The notes under the pieces: generated by a model
The model's database searches: none
Seen by the model: only the letters and a program-made list of their open reading frames with translations
Told to the model about the DNA's origin: nothing
Part shown: positions 16,994 to 26,037 of the stretch, piece after piece
How the letters are laid out: every line of letters starts with the position of its first letter
How positions within the stretch are numbered: the first letter of the stretch is position 1
Assembly (NCBI GenBank): GCA_963845185.1
Contig: CAWJRG010000010.1
Coordinates: forward strand, 448,001-512,000
Length of the DNA: 64,000 nucleotides
From: an uncultured bacterium
Lineage (GTDB): Bacteria; Oederibacteriota; PGYV01; CAWJRG01
Direction: 5' to 3'
Position numbers and translations under genes: made by a program

Positions 16994-19732
16994 TTATAAT
17001 TTTATTTTTACTTCTTCTCCCCCATATTTCACCACAGCATCAGGTTTTTTTGTATCTTCCAAGCCTGAGCCATGGCCTGCCCTCACAAATACTATTTTAA
17101 ATTTCCGCGCCAAAAGCATACCCGGAAACTTGCCTTGACGTTTGCCTATTATCAAAGTTTTCTTTTTCTCATCCCACTTTATCGGGATTATGGAATAGCT
17201 TCCTTTTTCATAGTTGTAATTGTCTCCCTCGTCTTCGAACAAATCAAATTCCGCGTCTTTGCCGGTATACACCCTGAGCTCTATCGGGTCAGCAGGCTTT
17301 TCAGACGTGTACTGCATGTCCGGGCCCATTGGTATTATCGAACCACCTGGCACAAATAGCGGCATTGTGCCAAGGGATGGCTTTAGTTTTATTTGCTGGC
17401 CGCCCGCAAGCACCCTGCCTGTCCAGAAGTCAAACCATTTCTTGCCTAGCGGCAGATAAACCATTACATATTTTTTTGCCTCATCAGCTTTCATTTCTGG
17501 CGTGTGCCAGTTCAGCCTCATTATTGCCTGCTTCATCTTAAATTGCTGATGTTCGAGTTTTATGTTGTATTTTGTATTTGCCTTGAGTTTTAATTTCGTG
17601 TTAAATTTTTTTTCCTCCCTGTTTTTCCATTCGTTTATCACAAGCTTGTCATCTATCCACACTCTCACGCTGCCGTCAGTGATAGCCGTGAAATCATACT
17701 CGCCTGCAGCGCCTGTCAGTATCTTTCCTGTCCATCTCTGCGAATATTCAGCGTCTATATCGAGCGGTATGTTGCCTGCCCATCCCATGCTTGACGTGTC
17801 GAGTTTCCGCTTCGCGCGCAAGTCGGTGAAATCCATGTTGTTGAATATTTCATAAACAAGCCCGTTTTCCTTGCCGTCAGGCGTAAAAAGGTTGTTGAGG
17901 TAGATATAGTCGCCTTTATTTTTAGTATCAGCATACAGTTCTTTTGTTATTGGGCATGCCATGATTGACTTGCCGAACATGTACTGTGTGGCAATGTTTA
18001 ACGAACGCCTGTCTTCAGTAAAGTCCGATGCCAGCGGCCTTATGAACGAATAGCCGTCGCTTGTCACTTTCCACGCAGTCGAGTAAATATACGGCATAAG
18101 CCTGTAGCGCAGTTTTATGAACTTTGCCTGTGTGTCATATTCTGTTGAGCCCGGATTTCCGAATCTCCATATTTCCCTTGGTAATGCCGTGCCGTGCGTG
18201 CGGAACACCGGCAGAAAAGCCACGAACTGGAACCACCTGAGGTAAAGCTCCTTATACGCAGGGTCATTGAGCGGGTCTTTGTATTTGAAAAACGGGTAAA
18301 AAGCTCCCACGTCGCTTGTCCAGTACGGCACGCCTGCAGCTGAAAAATTGATTCCTGCCGCGACCTGGTTCCTTAAAGTTTCCCATCCTGCAAACGTGTC
18401 GCCAGACCATGAGGCTGAAGCGTTTCTCTGCTGGCCCGCAAAAGCCGAGCGCGTAAGTATAAATATGCGCTTTTTATTGGACACCCTGCGCTGGTTTTCA
18501 TAAACGCCTTTTGTTGTCATGAGTGAAAACGCGTTCAGGTACTTTGCCATTGTACCGAGCGCGTTTTTTCCGCAGGCCTTGGTTGTTTCTTCCCAGACAA
18601 ACCTGTCCTCTGCAGACACGAACTCAGCCTCTGAACCGTCCATCCAGTACGCATCAACGTTATTGTCATATAAACACTTTTTTAAATATTTCCAGTAAAT
18701 CTTCCTGGCTTCTTCACTGTAAGCGTCATAAACCCTGGACCCTGTCCAGTGCGGCGGCTTGAACAAGAATCCCTTTGCTTTCATTTCCTTGTGAATTGCC
18801 GACTCCGGCCCGAATGCCGGCCAGACAGAAGCCATGAGATGCCCGCCCAGGCCGTGTATTTCCTGCATCATTTTTTTCGGCTCAGGGAAACGGTTTTTCT
18901 CCCAAATCATTCCGGAAAAAACTTCGTTCTCTCCCCAGTATCTCCAGTCCTGCACTATGCTGTCGATTGGAACTTTCCTCTCACGGTATTCTTTAAGTAT
19001 GTTTAAAAGCTCGTCCTGGTCAAGGTATCGTTCCTTTGACTGCCAGTAGCCAAATACCCATTTAGGGAACATGGGAGCATGGCCTGTTAAATCCCTGTAT
19101 TTGCTTATTGCCCCGTCAATATTTTTCCCGTAAATAAAATAGTAGTCCACGCAGTCAGCTGCTTCGGACAAAAAAGAAAAATCCTTTTCGCCTGCGTGGA
19201 ATTTTGTCTCTGAATAATTATCCCAGAGTATTCCCCATCCGCGGCTGGAAATCAGGAACGGATTTACAATCACTCTGTTTGCCTGCACCATTAAAACATC
19301 GCAGTTTTTGTAATTCATGAAACCTTCCTCATACTGGCCTAGGCCGTATAATCCTTCCTGTTTTGAAATTTCAAACCCCTGGCCGGCGTGAAAGCATTTT
19401 TCCTTTTGTACTATTGCAGGTTTTAAAATCCTTGTGTTTGTTTTTTCTTCAAGCAGCAGTTTGCCTGCCTTGTCGTAAAAGCAGGTTAAGCCGGTTCGCT
19501 TGTTGATTTTGACTTTTAGTTTTTCCGTTGTTACAACCATTTCTTTCGCGCTTTCCTGCAAATGGCAGGCTGTCTTTCCCGGCTTCATTGTCACAATAAG
19601 GCTTTTGTTTTGCTTTTTCGCGCCGACCGGGCAATGATTTACTCTTATAATCTCCGGCGAAAAAATCTCGACAACAAGCTTTTCTTTTCCTGTATTTAAT
19701 TCAACCTTATTTCTGTTTGCTTTACTCTTCAT
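16994..19732 (-). CDS. GH31 alpha-xylosidase with PA14 insertion, no signal peptide
   Basis: GYWQSKERY, VQDWRYW, WMDGSE, WSGD, LRWFQF..FRTHG; PA14-like segment (YSQRWTGKI..DGSVRVWIDDKLVINEW); ATG 19732 after GGAGG. Confidence 0.88.
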   Translation of the reverse strand: MKSKANRNKVELNTGKEKLVVEIFSPEIIRVNHCPVGAKKQNKSLIVTMKPGKTACHLQESAKEMVVTTEKLKVKINKRTGLTCFYDKAGKLLLEEKTNTRILKPAIVQKEKCFHAGQGFEISKQEGLYGLGQYEEGFMNYKNCDVLMVQANRVIVNPFLISSRGWGILWDNYSETKFHAGEKDFSFLSEAADCVDYYFIYGKNIDGAISKYRDLTGHAPMFPKWVFGYWQSKERYLDQDELLNILKEYRERKVPIDSIVQDWRYWGENEVFSGMIWEKNRFPEPKKMMQEIHGLGGHLMASVWPAFGPESAIHKEMKAKGFLFKPPHWTGSRVYDAYSEEARKIYWKYLKKCLYDNNVDAYWMDGSEAEFVSAEDRFVWEETTKACGKNALGTMAKYLNAFSLMTTKGVYENQRRVSNKKRIFILTRSAFAGQQRNASASWSGDTFAGWETLRNQVAAGINFSAAGVPYWTSDVGAFYPFFKYKDPLNDPAYKELYLRWFQFVAFLPVFRTHGTALPREIWRFGNPGSTEYDTQAKFIKLRYRLMPYIYSTAWKVTSDGYSFIRPLASDFTEDRRSLNIATQYMFGKSIMACPITKELYADTKNKGDYIYLNNLFTPDGKENGLVYEIFNNMDFTDLRAKRKLDTSSMGWAGNIPLDIDAEYSQRWTGKILTGAAGEYDFTAITDGSVRVWIDDKLVINEWKNREEKKFNTKLKLKANTKYNIKLEHQQFKMKQAIMRLNWHTPEMKADEAKKYVMVYLPLGKKWFDFWTGRVLAGGQQIKLKPSLGTMPLFVPGGSIIPMGPDMQYTSEKPADPIELRVYTGKDAEFDLFEDEGDNYNYEKGSYSIIPIKWDEKKKTLIIGKRQGKFPGMLLARKFKIVFVRAGHGSGLEDTKKPDAVVKYGGEEVKIKL

Positions 19733-19784
19733 CTTTTCCTCCACAATAAATTATATTATATTTTAAGTGCATCCTGTTTTAAAA

Positions 19785-21062
19785 TCATATGCTACTGACT
19801 TGCACAGGGGCCCGAACCCGTTTTTTAACCATATTGCCTGCTTGCTTCCACAAAGACCTTATAAAATAAACCCATATTGCCAGCAGGATAAAAAACTTGA
19901 ATGAAAGCAATAGTGACAAAAACCAGTTTTTGGCACTGGAAAAAGGGAAAGGCATCGCTATGCACACGGCTGCCGCAAGCGACAGGCTAAAAAAATAATT
20001 TTCGCCCGATTCAATCGCCCTGTACATAAGTACCAATAAGGCCGGAATTATGTACACAAGGTGCATTTCCCCGGAATATGATGATGTCATGTGCAAAAGC
20101 AGGAGAAAAGCGCACACCCCGTCCATGCTTGCCGCCCTAGTGTTTTTCGCGTTTATAAAAAGCGCAAAGCAGGAAACCGCGACAAGCGCAAAATTTATCA
20201 GGTACGGTGTTGCTGCAGCCAGAATTTTGCTTGCAAAAACCGGTTTCGAGTATTCGCTTTCCATAAACAGGCGCGACATAAAACTGTTTACGTTCACGTT
20301 CCACGGCACTGTCGGCGACAAAAAGTCCAGAATGGTTTTTGAGTACCCGAGTGTAGGAGCCACCTGTTTCGCCCAAGCCGGCCACGCTGCGCTTGGCAGG
20401 ACTATTATGGACAAGAGGTAGGCGGCAAATACGTAAAATATTGACCACAAAAGAACCCTGAATTTCCTGGCGAATATAAAATAAAACAAAAAAATCAGCG
20501 GAAAAAGCTTGAGCAGCAGGGCTGCCGCAAACGGCGCAGCTGTCAGCGCCGGGTGTTTGTTTTCGATTAAAAACGACCAGCCCAGGCATATTAAGACCAC
20601 AAGTATCAGGTTAACCTGGCCCAATTCTATATTTGCCTTGCATGAATAAAATAAAAAAACATAAACTGCGGAAAAAACCAGAAAAGCCCATTCTTTGCCG
20701 GCTTTCATCACTTTGAAAAGGAATATGTAAAGGAAGAGAAGTATCATTGCCTGGTTTATGAAAAACATGACCAGCTTCGCTATATTGTACGGCAGCAGGC
20801 TTAGCGGGTAAAAAAACATCAGGCCCGCAGGCGGGTACGGGTACGGGTACACAAAGGTTTTTTCCCCGCTCCCGGCTTTCTGCAGAGCCTCGTAATCATA
20901 AGGCGATATTCCCTTTTCAAACGCCAGTTTTGCCGGGAAATAAAAAGTCGGGAAGTCAATCGCTGTTTTCGGGATGGCCATAAGCCCGTCGAAGACAAAA
21001 AAAGCAGCGTACGCAGCTATGATTATGGCAAGATAAATTCTTTTATCTGCGCTTTTTTCCAT
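19785..21062 (-). CDS. GT87/DUF2029 family (GT-C) membrane glycosyltransferase
   Basis: DFPTFY, YPYPPAGLMFFYPL, LGQVNL, LKLFP motifs and many TM segments; ATG 21062 abuts the galT-galK stop. Confidence 0.8.
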   Translation of the reverse strand: MEKSADKRIYLAIIIAAYAAFFVFDGLMAIPKTAIDFPTFYFPAKLAFEKGISPYDYEALQKAGSGEKTFVYPYPYPPAGLMFFYPLSLLPYNIAKLVMFFINQAMILLFLYIFLFKVMKAGKEWAFLVFSAVYVFLFYSCKANIELGQVNLILVVLICLGWSFLIENKHPALTAAPFAAALLLKLFPLIFLFYFIFARKFRVLLWSIFYVFAAYLLSIIVLPSAAWPAWAKQVAPTLGYSKTILDFLSPTVPWNVNVNSFMSRLFMESEYSKPVFASKILAAATPYLINFALVAVSCFALFINAKNTRAASMDGVCAFLLLLHMTSSYSGEMHLVYIIPALLVLMYRAIESGENYFFSLSLAAAVCIAMPFPFSSAKNWFLSLLLSFKFFILLAIWVYFIRSLWKQAGNMVKKRVRAPVQVSSI

Positions 21063-21064
21063 TT

Positions 21065-23224
21065 TTATATTTCCCTCACGCCCTGCCCAGGCTCGCACAC
21101 GTAAAAATCCGCCGTCAATCCCGTTTTTTTCTTATACCCTGCCGCGACATTTGCCTTGAAATCAAATATCGAGTCCCTGTGCACAATGTTTATCGTGCAG
21201 CCGCCGAAGCCCGCGCCTGTCATGCGCCCGCCAAGGTATCCGGGCTGCTTTTTTGCCTCTTCAAAAAGCGCGTCAAGCTCAGGGCCCGTCACTTCGTAAT
21301 CGTCCCTTAAAGATATGTGCGACTCTTCCAGCAGTTTGCCGAGCGCCTTAAGGTCATTGCTCTTCATGGCCTTTACAGCCTTTTTCACGCGTTCGTTTTC
21401 CGACACGACGTGCCTGGCCCTTTTTTGCAGCACAGGGCTTGTGATTTGATTCTTGCATTTTTCGAATGTTTCCATGTCCATGTCGCACAGTTCTTTTATG
21501 TCAATTGCTTTTTTAATATCCAGCAAAGCCTGCCTGCATTCCATACGCCGTTCGTTGTATTTTGAGCCTGCAAGCTCCCTTTTTTTGTTTGTGTTTGCCA
21601 GCACAATGCGGTATTCCCCGAATTCAAGCGGTATGTAATCGTGCTCGAGCGTGTTGCAGTTTAAAATCATTGCGCTGCCTTTTTTCGACACGGCTGAAGC
21701 GAACTGGTCCATGATGCCGCATTTCACTCCCACGAACTCGTTCTCCGCCCTCTGGCATAATAATGCCATGTCCTCCTTGTCAATAGCCAGCCCGAATATC
21801 TCAGATAACCCGTACGCGAATACCGTTTCAAAGGCGGCCGACGAGGAAATTCCTGCCCCTGCAGGTATTTCGCTGAAAAACAAAACCTCGGCCCCGCTTT
21901 TTATATTGTAGCAGGCATCCATTAACGCGTTCAATACGCCTGCCGGGTAATTTGCCCATAATATTTCATTGTTAAATGCCGATTTTTCCCGCACATCGAG
22001 TTCTATGGTTTCCGGCGCGTTTATATCCTTTAAAATTATCTTTGAATCTTTTCTTTTCCTTATCGCCATATAAGAGTTCAGGTCTACTGCTGCCGGCAGC
22101 ACAAGCCCGCCGTTGTAATCAATGTGCTCGCCTATTATGTTTATCCTTGCAGGCGCAGAGAATACCCTTATGGCGCTGCCTTTTTCCGGGCTGGCGCCGT
22201 ACACTTTTATAAATTCGTTTATAAATTCTATTTTAAACCTTTCCTTGTCCCACGACGCAAAATATTTATATTTAGCTGCAATGAGCTGCTTTGCCGTGTC
22301 TTCCACGGCAGCCACGTTCGCGGCAGCCCATGCGCCTGACTCTGAAGACGCGTAATATTTTATCTTGTCCTTTGCCCGCAGAGGCGGGTAAAACTCTATG
22401 TGGAAATGGTAATATTTTTTGCTGTCCTTGTGCTCAGGCGAGTTCACCGGGCACTGGTGCGCGCACATCATGAAGGGAAACGGCCGGTTGAACACAAAAT
22501 CAAAAGCGCCTTCTATGATTTTCAGCGCCTCTGCCAGGTCTTTTCTTTCTTCCCTGTTTAAATCCGTTATATAGGGCCTGTGCATTTTGCTTGAAACAAA
22601 CACGCCAAACGGGTAATCCGTAAAATAAGGCAGGTACACAATGAAGCTTTTGTTTTCATATATAATCCTGCTTCCGGATTTTTCCTCTTCCTTGTTAATG
22701 CCGCATATCAGGCATTTGCCGGTCTTTTTGTAATGTGCCTTTGCGTTTTCAAGCTCGGTTTTTATTTTTAGCGGAATGAACGGGTATGCGTAAATCTGGC
22801 CGTGCGGGTGTATCATGGTGACGCCGACTTCCTCGCCTTTGTTCTCAAACGGGAATACGTATTTTATTTTTTTGTCTTTTGAAAGTTTTTCGCAGCGCTC
22901 TGCCCACAAATCCACGATCTTTGTTATATGCTCGGTTGGCAGCTGCGACATGGTTGTCTTGTGCTCGGGCGAATAAAGTATGACCTCGCATTTGCCGTAT
23001 GAAGGCGCGTTTTTGTAAACGGATGATTTTATTTTCCCGGGCTTTCCCGGGTTTTTCATAAGCGCGGGAAAGTCATTGTCGTATTTGAGCACATCGTATT
23101 TTTTTAATTTCCCCTGCCCCGGGCAAAACGCGCAGAAGTTTTCCTTCATATCAGGCCTGCCCTGCCTTTTTGCAGCGACCATTGTCCATGTGCCGAGCAA
23201 AGGGTTCCATCTCAATTCAGTCAT
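21065..23224 (-). CDS. galT-galK: Fused galactose-1-phosphate uridylyltransferase (GalT) and galactokinase (GalK)
   Basis: N-half: ELRWNPLLGTW, CAFCPG, NDFPAL, catalytic HPHGQ. C-half: APARINIIGEHIDYNGG, PAGAGISSSAA, CGIMDQ, GGRMTGAGFGGC. One uninterrupted 719-aa frame. Confidence 0.92.
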   Translation of the reverse strand: MTELRWNPLLGTWTMVAAKRQGRPDMKENFCAFCPGQGKLKKYDVLKYDNDFPALMKNPGKPGKIKSSVYKNAPSYGKCEVILYSPEHKTTMSQLPTEHITKIVDLWAERCEKLSKDKKIKYVFPFENKGEEVGVTMIHPHGQIYAYPFIPLKIKTELENAKAHYKKTGKCLICGINKEEEKSGSRIIYENKSFIVYLPYFTDYPFGVFVSSKMHRPYITDLNREERKDLAEALKIIEGAFDFVFNRPFPFMMCAHQCPVNSPEHKDSKKYYHFHIEFYPPLRAKDKIKYYASSESGAWAAANVAAVEDTAKQLIAAKYKYFASWDKERFKIEFINEFIKVYGASPEKGSAIRVFSAPARINIIGEHIDYNGGLVLPAAVDLNSYMAIRKRKDSKIILKDINAPETIELDVREKSAFNNEILWANYPAGVLNALMDACYNIKSGAEVLFFSEIPAGAGISSSAAFETVFAYGLSEIFGLAIDKEDMALLCQRAENEFVGVKCGIMDQFASAVSKKGSAMILNCNTLEHDYIPLEFGEYRIVLANTNKKRELAGSKYNERRMECRQALLDIKKAIDIKELCDMDMETFEKCKNQITSPVLQKRARHVVSENERVKKAVKAMKSNDLKALGKLLEESHISLRDDYEVTGPELDALFEEAKKQPGYLGGRMTGAGFGGCTINIVHRDSIFDFKANVAAGYKKKTGLTADFYVCEPGQGVREI

Positions 23225-23269
23225 TTGTTTTCTCCCGAATAATATGCAATTTATGAATTACCCTTTGAT

Positions 23270-23352
23270 AATTTAATACTTGTTTTATAATAAGTCAATA
23301 GCATCCTTGCCAAATGAATGCCTTGACAGGCAATTAAACCGCGTAGTATAAT
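23270..23352. promoter_or_regulatory. Divergent sigma70-type promoters (galTK on minus, OMP gene on plus)
   Basis: Plus: TTGACA(23323)-N18-TATAAT(23347). Minus: TTGACT(23298)-N17-TAAATT. Confidence 0.6.
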
Positions 23353-23394
23353 TTTTACAATGATTTAAAGGCAAAACATTTAGGAGGCCAGGGT

Positions 23395-24138
23395 ATGAAA
23401 AAAATTTTAATCCTCTCCGCGTTTATTTTCCTGTCTTTTTCTTTAATCTTTGGCTCTTACCAGTCAGACGTCTCAAACGCCTACAAACAATACAAAGCCG
23501 GGCATTACAAAGAAGCGCTCAGGCTTTATGAAAAAGCATATAAACAGCACCGCACCAGACAGGTTTACGACTACATAGTGTACCTTCAAAATAAGCTGTA
23601 TAAGCGTAAGAATACCCGGGCTGAGAATTACTACAGCAGCGACGGCATTAAATGGGCCCCGCAGGAAAGGATTATAACCGTGAACCCGATCGGGCTTCTC
23701 GGCGGCGACCTGGGCGCCCATTATGAAATGACCATGGGCCGCTCAAACGGCCTCGGGTTTAACGCAGGCCTTGACTTTCACGGCGGCGACTGGCTCTGGC
23801 TCGGTATAAACGCAGGAACAGAATATAACTGGTATTTCCAGAACCACGCCTTAAACGGCTGGTTTGCAGGCCCCGGCGCCGGTATCAGCCTGCTCTTAAT
23901 CCGTCATAAATATACTCCGGCCGGGCAGACAGCATCCGTAACCGGTTCTTCTATCGGGCTCGGCATGCAGCTTGGGGGCCACGGCGGTTACAGGTGGATA
24001 TTTGACAACGGGTTTGTTGTTGACGTAATTGCAGGCCTTGGCTTCACAATACCGATAAGCAGCGCAATCAACGGCGCATACGCGCCTTTCGGCGGAATAG
24101 GGCCGTTTTTGGGATGCGACCTCGGCTACGCGTTTTAA
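23395..24138 (+). CDS. Secreted protein: TPR-like helix pair plus small outer-membrane beta-barrel (DUF3575-like)
   Basis: Signal peptide; YKAGHYKEALRLYEKAY (TPR-like); amphipathic strands, GWFAGP, GYRWIF; C-terminal LGYAF. Confidence 0.7.
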   Translation: MKKILILSAFIFLSFSLIFGSYQSDVSNAYKQYKAGHYKEALRLYEKAYKQHRTRQVYDYIVYLQNKLYKRKNTRAENYYSSDGIKWAPQERIITVNPIGLLGGDLGAHYEMTMGRSNGLGFNAGLDFHGGDWLWLGINAGTEYNWYFQNHALNGWFAGPGAGISLLLIRHKYTPAGQTASVTGSSIGLGMQLGGHGGYRWIFDNGFVVDVIAGLGFTIPISSAINGAYAPFGGIGPFLGCDLGYAF

Positions 24139-24155
24139 ACATTATATAAATTTGC

Positions 24156-24192
24156 AAATAATAAAGGCGCCCTTTCGGCGCCTTTATTATTT
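24156..24192. terminator. Bidirectional intrinsic terminator
   Basis: AAATAATAAAGGCGCC-CTTTC-GGCGCCTTTATTATTT, perfect 16-bp stem between convergent genes. Confidence 0.88.
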
Positions 24193-24234
24193 ATGCACTA
24201 TCAAAAATATTCTTGCTTAAAAATTATCCCTTAT

Positions 24235-24867
24235 TTATTTCACTCCTGAGATATTGTCTATATATATGGGCCCGCCAAATGGCTTGCCTGAGTTTAAAAC
24301 AAGGTACATGTGCCACATGTCGCCGCTCAGTTGTGAGCTGTCCAGTTTATATTCCAGCTTGTTCCAGCCCGCTTTTAAAAATCCCTGCACCTGATACCAG
24401 GCGTTTGCAGAGCCTGAAAAAACAAGAAAAATCTGCGCATAATCCATGTCAGCTATCGTGCTTTTCGGCACATAAACATCCATGGTAATACTGGTAAATT
24501 TCGTAAGGTCCGGGGAAAACGGCCCGTCGTTTATTGCCACATTCTGGTTCCAGCCCGCTGAATTTTTCGTGTCGATTTTCATTGAATACTTTCCTTCGGT
24601 CACGTATTTCGGGTCATCATTTACCTGGCATGCGTCAGCCCATTTGCCCTTGCCCTGCCATCCGTCAGTGGAATTTGATTCAAAACCCCAGAGCACTGTG
24701 CCCTTGCCTGTGGTTGCTGCTGCCTGAGCTGTTGTTGTCGCGCCTGCAGCTGCCGCTGTTGTTGCCGTGGTTCCGCTTGATGCCGTCCCTTCCGGCGTAG
24801 CGCATCCTGAGAACACCATGGGTAAAACAAGTACTGCTAAAGCCAAAAACAATAAAACTTTTCTCAT
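24235..24867 (-). CDS. Lipoprotein with Ala/Thr tether and one carbohydrate-binding-module-like jelly-roll
   Basis: Lipobox VFSG-C; LWGFESNSTDGW, VTEGKYSMKID, ITMDVYVP, IYIDNI pattern typical of galactose-binding-like CBMs. Confidence 0.7.
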   Translation of the reverse strand: MRKVLLFLALAVLVLPMVFSGCATPEGTASSGTTATTAAAAGATTTAQAAATTGKGTVLWGFESNSTDGWQGKGKWADACQVNDDPKYVTEGKYSMKIDTKNSAGWNQNVAINDGPFSPDLTKFTSITMDVYVPKSTIADMDYAQIFLVFSGSANAWYQVQGFLKAGWNKLEYKLDSSQLSGDMWHMYLVLNSGKPFGGPIYIDNISGVK

Positions 24868-25070
24868 AACCCTGCCTCCTTTTCAATATTTTTCATTTTT
24901 AGACTGCTGATATTTGCCTCTAATGAGTGCATTTAATATAACACATTTTTTTCTATTTTTTAACAATAAATATTTTTATTGTGCCGTAAAACCCCTTATT
25001 TCTTTATAATAAAATGCAACGCTTAATTTTATTTACCAAAAATACATTGCAACCCTGTATTTCACTCTTA

Positions 25071-25193
25071 TCATTTTTCCTTTCCACAGTATTTACATTC
25101 CCATAATTTAGTGCTGTCCTGTATTTTTCCCCAATCTTTAAGCCTCCACTGATGAAACCCCATAAGGCAAAGTAAACGGTGTAAGAAGTTCAT
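25071..25193 (-). CDS. 40-aa Cys/His microprotein MNFLHRLLCLMGFHQWRLKDWGKIQDSTKLWECKYCGKEK, DUF1660-like (not in the ORF track)
   Basis: ATGA overlap with the upstream gene's stop; LLCxxGxHxW...CxxCG pattern; TGA at 25071-25073. Confidence 0.68.
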   Translation of the reverse strand: MNFLHRLLCLMGFHQWRLKDWGKIQDSTKLWECKYCGKEK

Positions 25194-25624
25194 CTGGGCA
25201 CCTCATTTTCAGAAAGATATTTAACCAGCATTATATTATCGCTTAAAGGCAACCCGTTTTCTTCGTCAAAAATTTGTATGCTTAAAAGGCATTCATCTAT
25301 ATAATAATCCAGCCGGATTGTCGAGTCAAAATCTGTTTCTTCCTCGTAATTCGAAAGCTTGGGTTTCTGGGATGCTGTTTTTCCCCACATACCGCCGCCT
25401 CTATCTTCATTATTTTCAACTTTCGTCCTAATTGTATAAATTTCCGCTCCTTCCGGTGCTCGGCCTGCAAATTCGCTGTCCTCGTCAACAAATCCAGTGA
25501 CAACCGGGCTGTCCTCGTATATTTTTTTGTATGCTTCGGACAGGTATGAAATAGCTTCGTCTTCCGTAGTTATAAAAAATGCAAATTTAGAATCCAAGAC
25601 TGCCGGGTTTGTTAGTTGTTTCAT
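25190..25624 (-). CDS. Hypothetical acidic protein
   Basis: 144-aa ORF with RBS GAGGTGG; no family recognised. Confidence 0.6.
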   Translation of the reverse strand: MKQLTNPAVLDSKFAFFITTEDEAISYLSEAYKKIYEDSPVVTGFVDEDSEFAGRAPEGAEIYTIRTKVENNEDRGGGMWGKTASQKPKLSNYEEETDFDSTIRLDYYIDECLLSIQIFDEENGLPLSDNIMLVKYLSENEVPR

Positions 25625-25647
25625 TTTCCCACCTCAAAAATTTAAAT

Positions 25648-26037
25648 TTATTTATCTTTACTTTTTATACCAAACCCCAGCCATCTGCCGTCAACATCCT
25701 CAACGACAAATTCCCTGTTGTGATAATCAGTCTGAAACAGCGGACGGGCTATTTTTGCGCCGGCAACCCTGAATTCCTCCTGCAGTTCTTCCTGTTTGTC
25801 AGTGAGAAAATACACGTCATACCCATACCCGTATAGTTTCCTGTTTGGAATGACTTCCTGCCCGTTTGATTTTGTCAGAATAATTTCTTCAGAATCGCGG
25901 TATAAACAAATATGCGGTTCTTTCGCGTCAAGATACTGCACTGCCTTAAATCCCATTACTTTTTCATAATATTCCGCTGTCTTTAATATGTCAGTACACG
26001 GAAACACGCACCGTGACGCAAGCAGTTTCTTTTTCAT
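25648..26037 (-). CDS. VOC/glyoxalase-bleomycin resistance family protein
   Basis: DILKTAEYYEKVMGF and TDYHNREFVVEDVDGRWLGFG. Confidence 0.85.
   Translation of the reverse strand: MKKKLLASRCVFPCTDILKTAEYYEKVMGFKAVQYLDAKEPHICLYRDSEEIILTKSNGQEVIPNRKLYGYGYDVYFLTDKQEELQEEFRVAGAKIARPLFQTDYHNREFVVEDVDGRWLGFGIKSKDK

Noticed and set aside
25149..25180. Hammerhead-like CTGATGA motif
   Set aside because: Stem II and the GAAA core do not form; the sequence is explained by the minus-strand 40-aa ORF.
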